NCBI GenBank assembly: GCA_964016885.1
Contig: OZ024741.1
Coordinates: forward strand, 314,774,001-314,838,000
Direction of reading: 5' to 3'
Source of the DNA: Eledone cirrhosa
Lineage: Eukaryota
Length of the DNA: 64,000 nucleotides
Shown: piece after piece, positions 23,453 to 35,813 of the stretch
How the letters are laid out: the number at the start of each line of letters is the position of its first letter
Position numbering within the stretch: the stretch's first letter is position 1
Translations under genes and position numbers: made by a program
Notes under the pieces: generated by a model
Database searches by the model: none
The model's input: only the letters and a program-made list of their open reading frames with translations
What the model was told of the DNA's origin: nothing

Positions 23453-25051
23453 CTATGTGGGTGGTGATGGTGTTGGTGTTGTTGCTGCTGTGGGTCTCTT
23501 TGCAGTAGACTTTACCCTTTTCTCATTTCTTTCCTCCCTTTTCAAAGGCGACGATGCGCTGCTTCTGCGTTTGTGCCTTCTTACGACCTTTTGCCATCCC
23601 TCTCCCACCTCACACTCCATGTCTGATTCTGTGAGGTCGGGGAGGGGTACCAGCTCCACTCTTTCACTTGTTGTTGTTGGTGATGTTTGCACTGGAGTCT
23701 CTGTTGCAGCTGCATTTGGTATTGCTGTTGTTGTTGTTAATATTTCCACTGCTGCTGCTGTTTTTGATTTCCGTGGTGTGGGTATGGGTGCCACGGACCT
23801 ATCGTTCCTGGTTGCCGCTTGTCCTGTTGCTGGTAGCCGTGGAGCCGGATTCGGAAGGAGGGGGGTTTTCTCCTTTCTCAGGGTCTTCTCGTTGCAGAAG
23901 GCCCTGAGGTGAGTCTTCGATCCACAGCGAAAGCATTTCGGGCGTTTGCCCTCAACACTTATGGGCAGTTGAGTGCCGTTATCGAAGTCTATCACATCCG
24001 GGATAGCTTCGATGCACTCCTGGTTGGTTTGGATTAGCATCTCAATGGAGGAGCCGACCCAATCTTCTCTTACTTTTTTCTGTACTTGCAGTACAGTTGT
24101 TTTGTCCTCGATTCCGACGAGGACAGACGCGGCCAGCCAAGAAGGGGTCATTCCGGGGGGGACGTGAGTCAGTTTGACCCTCACAATTTTTTGCCCGCAG
24201 TAGGAGGGCACCAACACCATTTCCTCGCTCCTTAGGGTCACTACTGATTGGGCCTTTGCCTCCTGGGGTGTGGCAAAAAGTACGTCTACGGTGGCATATT
24301 TTTTGCCTCGGGTGATGTGCGTTTTCCGCTGCCACACAGACCCCAAGGCTTTTTGTATTTGGGCCTCTGTGGCTCTTTCCACCCTACGGGATTTTGTACT
24401 TACTGTACGGTACGTGACCGTACAGTGCTCTTGGGTTACGAAAAATTTTTCCGCTGCCTTGCAGATTGCTCGGTGTCCGTTCTTTGTCACCATCTTCTTC
24501 GCTTCCTCTAATTCCTCATTTGTTATGAGGATTGTTTCCAAGTTTTTCGCAATACCTGCAAATGAGATTGGTTTTTCTCTGCTGTTGTTGTTGTCGTCAG
24601 AGCTGCTGGTACTTTTGTTGTTGCTGCAGGTACTACGACTACTGCTTCCGCCGCTGTTGCTGTGGTTGTTGTTGGTGTTGCTGCTGCTAATGCTGTTGTT
24701 GTTTATGCTGCTGGTAATGCTGTTGCGGCTGCTACTGTTGTTTTCATTGTCACTGTTGCTGTTGTTATTACGGCTGCTACTGCTATTATTCCTTACGTCA
24801 GACGAATGAACTGGGTTTTTGTATTTCCCGCACACCTGTTTCGTCGCTGTCGTCGTCGTCGTGGAGAAACCTTGCACGCTTTGCACGAGACTTTTCTTTT
24901 CTTTCGTCACTTGCGAAAGAGAAGGGAGGGAGAGAGACACATTTAAAGAAGGGAGGGAGAGAGACAATCTTCTCTCTGCTGTAGTGATGATTGAGGAAGA
25001 AGAAGACGGAATGAGTGGGAGTGACGTATGAAATTTCTTTTTCGTAGCCAT
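23453..25051 (-). CDS. ORF1p, Gag-like nucleic acid-binding protein (532 aa)
   Basis: CCHC knuckle CFRCGSKTHLRAFC; S/N- and P/T-rich low-complexity flanks; lies upstream of ORF2. Confidence 0.88.
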   Translation of the reverse strand: MATKKKFHTSLPLIPSSSSSIITTAERRLSLSLPSLNVSLSLPSLSQVTKEKKSLVQSVQGFSTTTTTATKQVCGKYKNPVHSSDVRNNSSSSRNNNSNSDNENNSSSRNSITSSINNNSISSSNTNNNHSNSGGSSSRSTCSNNKSTSSSDDNNNSREKPISFAGIAKNLETILITNEELEEAKKMVTKNGHRAICKAAEKFFVTQEHCTVTYRTVSTKSRRVERATEAQIQKALGSVWQRKTHITRGKKYATVDVLFATPQEAKAQSVVTLRSEEMVLVPSYCGQKIVRVKLTHVPPGMTPSWLAASVLVGIEDKTTVLQVQKKVREDWVGSSIEMLIQTNQECIEAIPDVIDFDNGTQLPISVEGKRPKCFRCGSKTHLRAFCNEKTLRKEKTPLLPNPAPRLPATGQAATRNDRSVAPIPTPRKSKTAAAVEILTTTTAIPNAAATETPVQTSPTTTSERVELVPLPDLTESDMECEVGEGWQKVVRRHKRRSSASSPLKREERNEKRVKSTAKRPTAATTPTPSPPT

Positions 25052-25266
25052 GTTGTTTTTTGTTTAAAATGAAATTTTGGGTACAAAACCCCAATAACTG
25101 GTTATTTAACCCCGAAGGGCCAAATAACGGACAGAAAGACCCCTCTCACGAGGAGGAGGGTGTCTTTATCAACAATTTGGTTCAAGTTTTAAACAATTTA
25201 CAATTGTTTTAACGGTTAAAAATTACTATACCTTACAGAGCCGAGCCTCCGTCAACCATGGCATTC

Positions 25267-25308
25267 AATAATAATAATAATAATAATAATAACAATAATA
25301 ATAATAAT
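25267..25308. repeat. (AAT)n between a Tx1 5' end and the Dong leader
   Basis: Direct reading. Confidence 0.98.
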
Positions 25309-28300
25309 GAGAAGGGAGAAGACGCACGTGGTGAAATCGCTCCCGTAAGTTTTGAATTTTTAACATATTTAAATCATTTGTGAAATAACAATTCTTAGTA
25401 CAAATGTTACGTAAAGCATCCGGCTTGAGCCCAAAAAAAATTCGGACCCAAAATATATTGTTATAAGGCTCAAATATTCAACTTTGTATTGTACATTGTA
25501 TATTCAAAAAAAGAAAATGGCTATAAATGGAAGAAGAAGAAACCCCCCCTCCTCTGTCTACACTATATAGAACAGCCAAACAACAACAATTTCACCAACA
25601 CCAGAAACTAGATACGCCACATACCCCATCACCCACCTGTGTACACTAAACACAACAGCCAGATAACGGCAATTTCACCACCACCACAACCAATCCCAAC
25701 ATAATAATGATAATAATAATTACTATTATTATTGTCCCAAGTTTTAACAAAATATTTAATTCCTACAATAAGGGAATTTATATCAACACATGTACGCGAC
25801 TAACCCCATAGATTCACCGAACGGACATCAGTAGCGACAACACCATCACTACAGTCACCGCCGCCGCCGCCCATCCATCATTACTACCACTATCGCATCA
25901 CCGCCGCCACCACTCCTTCATTGCTACCACCGCTACAACACCATCACTACAGTAATACGATCACATCACCACCACCACTGCCTCAGTATCGCTACCGCCG
26001 CTATTCTCTCCCATTGCCTCCTGCTAGCTGCTGCTAGCACAGCACCGCCACCACATTATAGAATTCCTACTAAAAAAGAGGAAGGCATCAAAATATATAG
26101 ATAGACTCAAAAGAAAAAACAAAAATCAAAACCAAAGCAGCACAGCAACAATAACAAAAGAAAACAAACAAACAGAGAAAAAACAAAAACAAAAAAACGT
26201 AAAGAAAATAAGAATGAAGAGAGAAACAAACGGACGGACAGAGAAGGGAAGGGAAAAACTAAGTCAGACATTCGAACACTACATTACAATGAAACTTATG
26301 CTTATTCATTTTTGGGTTTTTTTCTACCTGTTTGTTTGTTTGTTTATTTGTGTTCGTCTACAGCGTGATAATGCCACACAAGAACCACATGGAGCGACGC
26401 ATCCACCGGAGACGGTGAATCCACAGGTGGTTATGTAACCATACATTCGCCAATCCTCGATAAGAGTGTTTAAATGTCGAACCTAAACAGTTCGAATAAC
26501 GGTGAAATGGAGACTAGAACGTCATGTGACAGACTCTCACCCAACAGGTGCTCCCTGGCTCAGCAGCAAGGACCTGGCTGTCAACCAAATACTGCTGGTG
26601 TCGGAGTAAGAAGAAGAAGGAAAGGGACCAGAACCAACTGGACGAAAGAATTGAATAGAACTGTTATGCAATGTTACCTGAAAAGTAACCCCAAGGAGAG
26701 GGGCTATAGGAGACGGATGCATAACATCTGGAACGAGATTGGTCTATTTAAATTAGATGAACAAAAATTGGCCGGGCAGGCTCGGGTAATAAGAACTAAT
26801 GGGTGGATAAGCGAGCTGGAACTGGGGGAACTGAGCAGAGAGATTAGCTTGGAGATGGAGGGTGGAGTATGCCAGGCAAACGAGCCAGTGGGAAATGAAG
26901 GTGAAGAGGTCGAGAGAACGGAGGAACCACCCGAAGCAGACAATGATCTGAATACTGAGATAAATAATACCTGGAACAGAGATACGGCCACTGAGGAGAT
27001 GAATGCTGACGGGCTAGGACAAGATTTGGTTGACATCCTAAATTTAGTGGTAGATGAATTGAACAATGATAGTGGGAGACCTATGAACCTAAGATTTGTA
27101 AACAGGAAAAAGTTAAAAGAAACAACAGCTAAGGTAAACAAAGTCATCCCATAACTTGAGGCGAGGAGCCTTCACCAGTGCAACAATATCCTCAAAGCAA
27201 CAGCAAATACGGTGAGGAAACTACTTGGTATAAAAGCGAGAGGAAACAAGAGACAAGAAAGAGCAGAGCCTTGGTGGAAGAAACGACTGAGTGGTCAAAT
27301 CAGGGAAATGAGAAATGACATTGGAAAGCTTGAGTCACTACTGAATGGGACACTAAAAAACATAGACACTAAAAATAGACTGGAAATAAAGTACAAAACT
27401 AGGAGGAAAAAGCTAAATATTATCATAGAGGAACTGAAGCAACGCATTGTAGCAAAGAGTGCAAAAATCAGGCGATACGAGAACAGAGTCAGTCAGTATA
27501 AACAGAACCGCATGTTCGACAACAACCAGAAGATGCTGTTTGGACAGCTTGAGGGGAAAGAAAGAGGCAACGACTTGATCCCTGACGCGGAACAAACTAA
27601 AACATTCTGGAGAGGAATATGGGAGCAGGATGTTAGACATAATGACGAGGCAGTGTGGATTGAGACAGTACAAAAGGAGATTAGTGAATAGGCACACCAA
27701 CAAACTGATTTGAGTATCACAGTTGAAACTCTTAAGGGGCAGGCCAAAAAACTAACCAACTGGAAATTACCAGGCCCAGATGGTGTGCAGGGGCATTGGA
27801 TTAAAAATATAACATCCCTCCACCTGAAACTGACAACCATGTTCAATTACTGCTTGATGTCAGGTGAGGTACCAGAGTGGTTGACAAAAGGTACCATAGT
27901 TCTGATAATGAATGACCGAATCAAGGGTAATGATGTTACCAACTATAGACCTATCACGTCTGTCCGTAATGTGGAAACAAACTGTTGACGAGCATTGTGT
28001 CTGAGGAAATCTACCATCACCTCCACACAAACAACTTGTTACCGGACGAACAGAAAGGATGCCGAAAGAAGTCACGTGGTACAAAGGACCAGTTACTTAT
28101 TGATAAGATGGTAATGGGGAATTGCAGGAGGAGACACACTGATCTTGCCATGGAATGGATAGACTACAGAAAGGCATTTGACATGGTGCCTCATTCTTGG
28201 ATCACCAAAAGCCTGGAGATCTTCAAGGTGGCAGATAACATCAGACAGTTGTTGGGGAAAAGTATGAGGTCCTGGGAAACAGAGTTGACATCAACTGGAG

Positions 28301-29973
28301 AATCCTTGGGAAGCGTGAAAATAAAGAGAGGTATCTTCCAGGGAGCTAGCCTGTCCCTTCTGTTGTTTGTCCTTGCCCTGATGCCCCTGACCAGTGTACT
28401 GCGAAAAGTGAGAGCAAGATACATGTTGGGAAAGGGAGGGCTTACCATCAATCACCTCCTCTTCATGGACGATCTTAAGCTCTTCGGGAAGAGTGAGAAG
28501 GAGTTGGATGTGCTTGTTGACACTGTCCGTATTTTCAACAATGATATATGTATGCAATTTGCTATTAGTAAGTGTGGAGTCATTGTGATGAAGAGGGTAA
28601 GTTGAGCAGAAGTAACGGAATCCAGGTACCAACAGGTGAGATGATAAAGGAAATTGACTCTGAAGAAGGATACAAGTATTTGGGCGTTCTGGAGGCTGAT
28701 GACATCAAGAAAAAAAAAATGAAGGAATTGATAAGAACTGAATACATTCGGAGAGTAAGGTGCGTATTAAAGTCACATCTGAACAGCAGCAATGCCATAA
28801 GCGCAGTAAATTCCCGAGCTGTGTCTATTATTAGGTACAGTGCGGGAATTCTGAGACGGAATGTTGCTGAACAAAAAGAAATGGATAGGAAGACTAGGAA
28901 GCTATTGACTATCTAAAACATGTTCCACAAGAGGAGTGATGTCGATAGACTCTACCTAAGGAGATCTGAGGGTGGAAGAGGTCTTATCAGCATAGAGGAC
29001 TGTGTTCAGATGGAGAAAAACAAACTACACAAATACGTGACTGATAGTAAGGAGCCAATGCTCAGAACTGTACTGAAGGAGGGGACAATAGGCCAGGGGA
29101 TGTCCAAGGAGGAAATAACATCGAGGAGAAAGAGCAGCCTTCAGGAAAAATCCCTTCATAGTACCTTCTTTGAGAAAACTGAATTCAGAGATCCACAGAC
29201 ATGGAACTGGTTGAGCAGAGGAGATCTTAAAAAGGCTACAGAAGGAATGTTAATGGCTGCGCAAGAGCAGGCCCTCAAAACGAAGTGGTTGAAACACCAT
29301 ATTTACAAGGAGGAGGCTAGCCCACTGTGCAGGATCTGTGGAGAGAGAGAGGAGACTATGGCTCACATTGTCTCCGAGTGTAAACACCTAGCCCAGACCC
29401 ACTATAAGGGCTGGAGACATGATTTGATGGGCAGGTGATCCACTGGCACCTGTGCAAAGTAAACAATTTACGACATTCTGAGAAATGGTATGAGCATAAT
29501 CCAGAGGTGGTGATGGAGAACGATCAGGTGAAGGTGCTGTGGGATTTTAGGATACAAACGGACAAAAAACTGGAACACAATAGACCTGACCTGGTGGTTG
29601 TGGACAAAGAAAACAGATCGTGTCTGATTGTGGATGTGGCCTGCCCATTCGACACGAGAGTGCAAGAGAAGGAGAGGGAGAAAATTAACCGATACCAGGA
29701 CTTAAAGTGGGAGGTAAAAAGGATTTGGAACTGCCATGAAGTCAGTGATCCCGATTGTCATAGGCGCACTGGGGACTATCTCCAAAAGTTTCCAGGGATG
29801 GTTAAAGAAAATCGGCCCCTTCACGCTTTTTGGAACGCTTGAAAAGGCATGCTTGCTGGGAACAGCAAGAACCCTCTGATACGTCCTGAATATCTGAGGC
29901 TGCAGGTAGTGGCTTGATATTCATTCCAACGGACTTTCCGGTTAACTAACATCAATGACTGAGACTCAAGGAG
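25309..29973 (+). mobile_element. Full-length Dong family B element with a ~1.1 kb 5' leader
   Basis: Single ORF remnant, 3' UTR ending GACTCAAGGAG before (TAA)n; the same leader precedes the deleted copy at 5211-7729. Confidence 0.85.
26474..29897 (+). pseudogene. Dong-B ORF (N-terminal domain, RT, CCHC, RLE), disrupted by stops and frameshifts
   Basis: [49 protein letters not shown]. Confidence 0.93.
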
Positions 29974-30004
29974 TAATAACAATAATAATAATAATAATAA
30001 TAAT
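29974..30004. repeat. (TAA)n between the Dong-B 3' end and a Tx1 family 2 3' end
   Basis: Direct reading. Confidence 0.97.
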
Positions 30005-33000
30005 GCTTTAATTTATTAGCCACAAGGGCCGGCATGTAGGGGACAATACAAAGACAGGGACAGTGGGGTTTACAATAAGGTCGTGTAAAAGTGCACAATG
30101 GCAAGACTAATTTAACAATAAAGATATAAAAAATATGAAATAATCTATGCATAAATATAACAAAATAAATTCCCTGATAGGGGGTGGACGACCCGTGAAG
30201 TGACTCAGGTACCCCACCAATCCTGAACCACCCTGCGCTTCTAGGGCACCCAGGGAAAGCACAACTCTCCTCAAGTTAGCTAGCCTATAGGCGCATGGTC
30301 AGAATAGGCCCATTCACACGGGCCATTCTCGCCACATTCATCCACTTTTTAGCAAATGTACTGGGGGCAGCACTTCTCTCTCCACCCTCACCTTCCTTTC
30401 CAGGTGAAACTTGAAGAAGTTGATGAGGGATTGTCCGAAGAGAAAAGTATCTGTCTTCACTCCGTTTAATCTGATCCACTATATAACCTCTTTCGCAACG
30501 GCCACCAGACAGAGGAAAATTTCCTGCTCTTCCTGACCTAAGGAAGGCGGCGGGTCGTTCCAAACGCGACAGTAGCTGTTCGACATAACTCCACAAGTCA
30601 GTAATGCACGGATATTGGACAAGTGCATGCATGACGGTTTCGTCGTTCTGTGCGTATCTTGGACAGGTCCGTCTGACAGCACTTCCGTGCCTGTAGAGTT
30701 TATGCCGAACCGGCAGTGCCCCCCGGCTCGAAAGTCGTCCGGTACAGACTGGTCAGTTCGACTTCGTCGAGGCCCAAAGCTTCTCCGAGTGCGTCGTCGC
30801 ACTTGCCCACCACTAATCCTCTATAAAACTCGAGAGTGAAAGTTCCACTCATCACATTGCCCGCTTGTTAGAAAGCAGTGCGTGCCTTGCAATATTCCAG
30901 GTGCCAGTCACCCAGTCTCGGTCTCTTCTTAACCAAGGACTGCAGCTTAGTCAAAGAAACGAGCTGCGGAAAGGTCCGTCTGATAAACGGTGACCACACC
31001 TGTTCACCGTTTAGGCAGAATATCTGGAGATGTCGCAGCCTCAACGCATGTCTGCGCATCATTAGCCACGGCTTTCCCAGCCCTCCGCGTAGAGGATGCT
31101 GACAGCAGATGGAACGCCTCACCAACGGAACTTGTCCCCTCCACAAGAAAATGAAGAGGAGCCGTTCCAACTTGACGAGGCCCGGGCGGGGGAAAGGCAC
31201 GACGGTCAGGTGGTAGTAGATGACGGACACGATGTACGCATTCTCCACCTCCGCGTGACCTTTCAGTGATAGTTTCCTCCCAGCCCATTTTTGGGTGAGA
31301 CTGGCTACTCTGCTCGTTACCTCCTCCCAACTCCTTTCCACCTGGAGGTCTGCTCCGAAACAAACCCCGAGCAACTTTACCGGTCGATCCGTCCGGCGCC
31401 TAACGACGCTGTTGGACGGCATAGGTTTGTCTCTCCAGGTTCCGAGCTGCAAGCCCGCCGACTTTTCCGGGTTAAGTTTGGCTCGTGTCAACCTTTCATA
31501 TTCCTTCAATAAGGTGCCGACCACCTCGATTTCTGAGGTGTCCGACACCATCACGGTGATGTCGTCCGCATAGGCCTACACCGCCCTTCCACGTCACGGT
31601 TCGAGCGGGATTCCCTGCAACAGCTCCAGCTTCCGCAGTAAAGGCTCGAGAGTCACTACGTACAGAAGGGAAGAGAGAGGGCACGCATGACGGACCGATA
31701 GGGAGAGCCGAAATAGTTCCGAGAGGTGGCCATTAACCTTGATCACCGAGCATGTGCCGCTGTGCATTGCAGCGATCCAGCTTCTGAAGGCAGGACCGAA
31801 GCCAACCGATTTGAGGACAAACACCAGATACCGATGGTCAACCCTATCGAATGCTTTCGATTGATATAAATTGATCAGTTCCCCACCGGAGGCAGGTTTA
31901 CACCCTACCCTCTCTATGATGTATTGCATGAGGTGGAGATTGTCGTGTATGGACCTGGCTGGGATTGCGCAAGTTTGCGTCTCCCCAACCAAATCCTCGA
32001 GGACAAACACCAATCAATTTGCTAACACCTTGGCCAAAATCTTAAACTCTGAGTTGAGCAGAGTTATGGGGCTGATGTTACCTAATGTATCCCTTTTGTT
32101 CTCGTCTTTCCTTATCAGCGTCACCACTCCCCTGCTCACAGAACTGGGAATACTCCCATTCTGCTGCCGGTTGCAGTAGAGTGCTTCGAGGAGATCGGTG
32201 AATAAGTCTGGCATATTTACGTAAAGCTCGTAAGGCAGGCCATCCAAACCGGGTGACTTGCGCCTCATGCAGCCGACAAGGGCGTCCTGAATTTCGGCTG
32301 AAGTAATCGGCCTTTCGCAGTGCCCAGTGTCGGCCGTCGAGATGCGCGGCAAGCCGACAAGGTAGGGATTGAAATCTGCTACACTCTCTGACTCGCCACT
32401 CTCCCCGAACAACCGAGCAAAATGTTGGCGAAAGGCCTCACACGTCCGCTTGGAATCGCTTATCTCGTGTCCGTCTCGGTCTGCCAAAGTCCGAATTGTG
32501 GTTTTATTACCACGTTGCGCCACCGCCACGCCGGCCCATCGAACAGCTTTGGTTCCCTCGTTTCTCAGCGCACGCGCCTTAGCTCTGACAATGCAACCTT
32601 CGTGTTTCGCATTGAAGAAATGGTCTAATGCCATTCTCGCCGCTAGCACGTCAGTTACAATACCACTACAAATAGCCTCGTCTAACTTATCTACCAGCGG
32701 TCCCTCCTTTCTATTTTTCTCTAACGCTAGTTCTTTGCTGAACTCTATCGATGTTACTCTAACCTCTCTTTTGAGAGACCCCCACCATCTGTTATTGATG
32801 ATACACCCTGTCAACTTTTGCTTAACTAAATGATTGTCTCGGTCCCTGTAAGCCTTACGTGCCGGTAGTGACATGTTCGTCTCCCTGTAACCAGGACCCA
32901 ACCTACGCGTTTTATCTAGGTCGACCATACAGATCACAAATTTGTGATCTGAATAGGCGACCGTTTTAAAAAGTGGGTAGCCTACACTATTTCTATCTTT

Positions 33001-35737
33001 CCCTAATGAAGATCCCGTCTATATACGATCTAGATGACCCCATACGGTTGGTCCATGTCCATACTGGCGCATTGGGGAAATCTAGTCGATAGCTGTCAGT
33101 CAGTTGGAAATGGCTGATTAGGTGCTTGAGGCTTTTGCACCCCCGGCTCCTATCAGCTACTCCCACACAATCCCAGCGTGCGTCTAAGATGCCGTTCTAG
33201 TCCCCCGCTAACAGTAAAGGGCGAGACGTACCCAGAAAGGTCTCCAGGCGCCTAAAGAAGTCCGGTCGTCCTGCCTCTGTAGGGGCGTAGACGGCCAGCA
33301 GTCTAAAGGCACCACCTTTGCTACTGCTCACATCCAAGACCACCAACTTACCGTCCGGGTCCCGGAAGATCGACCTTACCTCGAGATCCAGACCTTTCCT
33401 AAACAGCACTGCCAATCCACCTCCCATACCTGCCCTGCTAACAGATTCGAAGATCTGATAGTCGTCGGAAATGGTGGCTAGTGCGTGCGGGTCGGAAATT
33501 CTGGTCTCGCTGACGGCAATCACATCTATTTCCAGCGACCTGAGGTCGTTGGGCAGGCGACCCTGCTACCAGGGTGACCCCAGGCCGCGAACATTTAAAT
33601 TTCCTACTCTTAATATGGCCATGTTGGCAAGCTAAAAGTGAGAGAGAAGGTTTAATTACATCCCGGGGTCTTGTGAACGTTGGGCGGTTCGACCTCCATG
33701 GTTGGTGGGGTTTCTTTTGGGAACCCCTTTAAAAGTCTTGATGTGCGTTTCCCATTCGGTGTTCCCACGTCTTGAGTAAAGCTCTCCCGAATATCTTTGA
33801 AGGAATCGAGTGACTTTCGGACCAGAAGCTAATCTGGCACGCAAAATGTGCTCATTTCAAAGATCTTCCCCTCTGTTTGAATGTCCTCGCTTCGAGCTAA
33901 GAGGGCCATCAGTTTTTCGTTGGCCCTTCTGACAAGCACGAAGTTTTTAACATTTTGTTGGTGTGGTTCTATTTGTTTTCATTTTGGTGACTCCGGTGGT
34001 GATGGTTTAGATGTTTTTTTCGTTGCATTTCGGGGATTGTGGGGGTGGTGTCGATGTTGCTCTTGGTGCTGATGTTATTGGGGAAGCGTTTGCATTAGTG
34101 GTGTCTGTATTTTTTCTTGTGTATGTTTTTGTGTTTTGTTGGGGATTTTTTTTTTTGGGGGGGGGGGGGTGAGTTTTATCTGTTTTTTTGCACTTTTGGG
34201 TTTTCCTTCATCTTCGCTGTTGGAAGACAACGGGTCTGTGGCTTTGAGTGTCTCTGTGTCTGTGTGTGCGTTTATTGTTTTGTCTATGTGTAAATTGGAA
34301 GGGTAGGGGAGTGGGGGAGCTTTCCTCGTTTTCCTCTTGGATTAGTTTCGGTGTTGGTGGTGGTCCGGCTGTTTTTGGTGTTGGTGTATGTGTCTTTGTT
34401 GGTGTTGTTTTTGGTGGTGGTGGCGCAGCTTTCCGTGCTGACACTGGCGTTGGCAACAGAGGAGTGTTGCGACCCCTGCATGTTTGCGCTGAGGGCAGAA
34501 GGCTTGCAGATGCGTTGCTTCCCCGCAGACGAAGCAGTGTGGCCTTCTTCCCTCAGTGATTAGTTGGATTGTTGTCCCGTCCTACAGGCGGGCAAAATCC
34601 GGGATGTCGTTCATGTCCTCTGGTTTCATTTGGAGAAGAATCTCTAAATCCATTCCGGACCAGTCTTCTCTCTCTGTCCTTTTGATATACAGGAGGGTAG
34701 TGTCTGTCCCCTCCTCGATTACGCATCCCAGCAGCCACCATATGTTCATTCCTGGTGGGATCCTGGGAATGCGGACCTTTACTGTCTTTTTGCCCATGTA
34801 GGACGGGTGCATGAGTGCATGATAATGCGTTGCGTTATTCAGGGGGTCACCGAGTGCTTAATAGCAAGGGCCTCGGTTTTGAACACTACCGAGATTGTAC
34901 CGAACTGTTTGCCACTTGCTTTATACTCTATGTCACTTCCGATGCACTCCAAAGCAACCTCGACCTATGCTTGGCTGGCAAATTGCACTTTGCATGTCTG
35001 CACTGAAATGCATCGAAAGTACACCGCCCTCCTTTGCATGGCTGCTATTGCCCCGTCCGGGATGGTCAGGTTTGCCTAGGACTTCTCCCATTTAATTAAC
35101 CCCCACGCCTGGGCCAACTGTCCGCTAATATCAATATTCAATAAACCTATTGTTTTTGCTGCTGCAGCAGCAATGGTGGTGCCTCTATTCTTCTTGTTGT
35201 TGGTGTGTCGTTCTTGCTGTTGTTATTGATGTTGTTGTTGTTGTTTTGTTTGTTGTTGCTGTTGCCACCGTCATTCGTGTTTGCATTGAAGCTGTCGGTG
35301 TTATTCTGAGTTGTTGTTGTTGTTTTGGTGGTGGTGGTGCTGGTGGTGCGGTGGTGATGTTGTTTTGAGATGATACTGCTACTATCACAGAAGGGAGAGG
35401 TTGTGGTGGTACCTTTTGTGTTTTGCCTTCACGCTCAGTGGAGTGGTCGACAGACATGTCTGTAGCAGTAGTAGGTGTGGTGAGATCTACAGTGGGTGCT
35501 TTTGAACTTTTGACCTGAACGTTGTTTACCGTTTCAAGGTTGAAAATTTCCATATATCTTTTTTTTGTGGGGAAGCGATTTTTTCGAAGTTTTTAAAAAT
35601 AATCTGAATATTCCATTAATATGGAACCATTGTGTCTATCTTATGCTTCGTTAACGACAGGAAAATACCAAAAATGATACTTTAAAACAGCTTAAAGTTA
35701 CGAACCTTTTCCCCCGCAGACGTGTGAGGCTTTATAC
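30005..35737 (-). mobile_element. Full-length degenerate Tx1 family 2 (ORF1 about 35553-33656, ORF2 33622-30285)
   Basis: ORF1 knuckle CFVCGEATHLQAFC; ORF2 starts MAILRVG; APE and RT motifs fragmented. Confidence 0.92.
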
Positions 35738-35739
35738 AT

Positions 35740-35812
<73 letters not shown>
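35738..35812. repeat. (TAA)n spacer between head-to-tail Tx1 elements
   Basis: Direct reading. Confidence 0.98.

Positions 35813-35813
<1 letters not shown>

Larger units (their letters stand above)
19244..25266 (-). mobile_element. Full-length Tx1-clade LINE, family 1a (about 6.0 kb), TAA repeats on both sides
   Basis: 5' UTR, ORF1, short spacer, ORF2 and 3' UTR with AATAAA. Confidence 0.96.

Noticed and set aside
19828-24946. Many recurring antisense and alternate-frame ORFs over the Tx1 elements
   Set aside because: They are shadows of GC-rich or low-complexity coding sequence and recur only because the copies are similar.
25138-25165. HDV-like ribozyme suggested by TCCTCGT
   Set aside because: Could not assemble the P1/P2/P3/P1.1 pairings; it folds as a simple hairpin.
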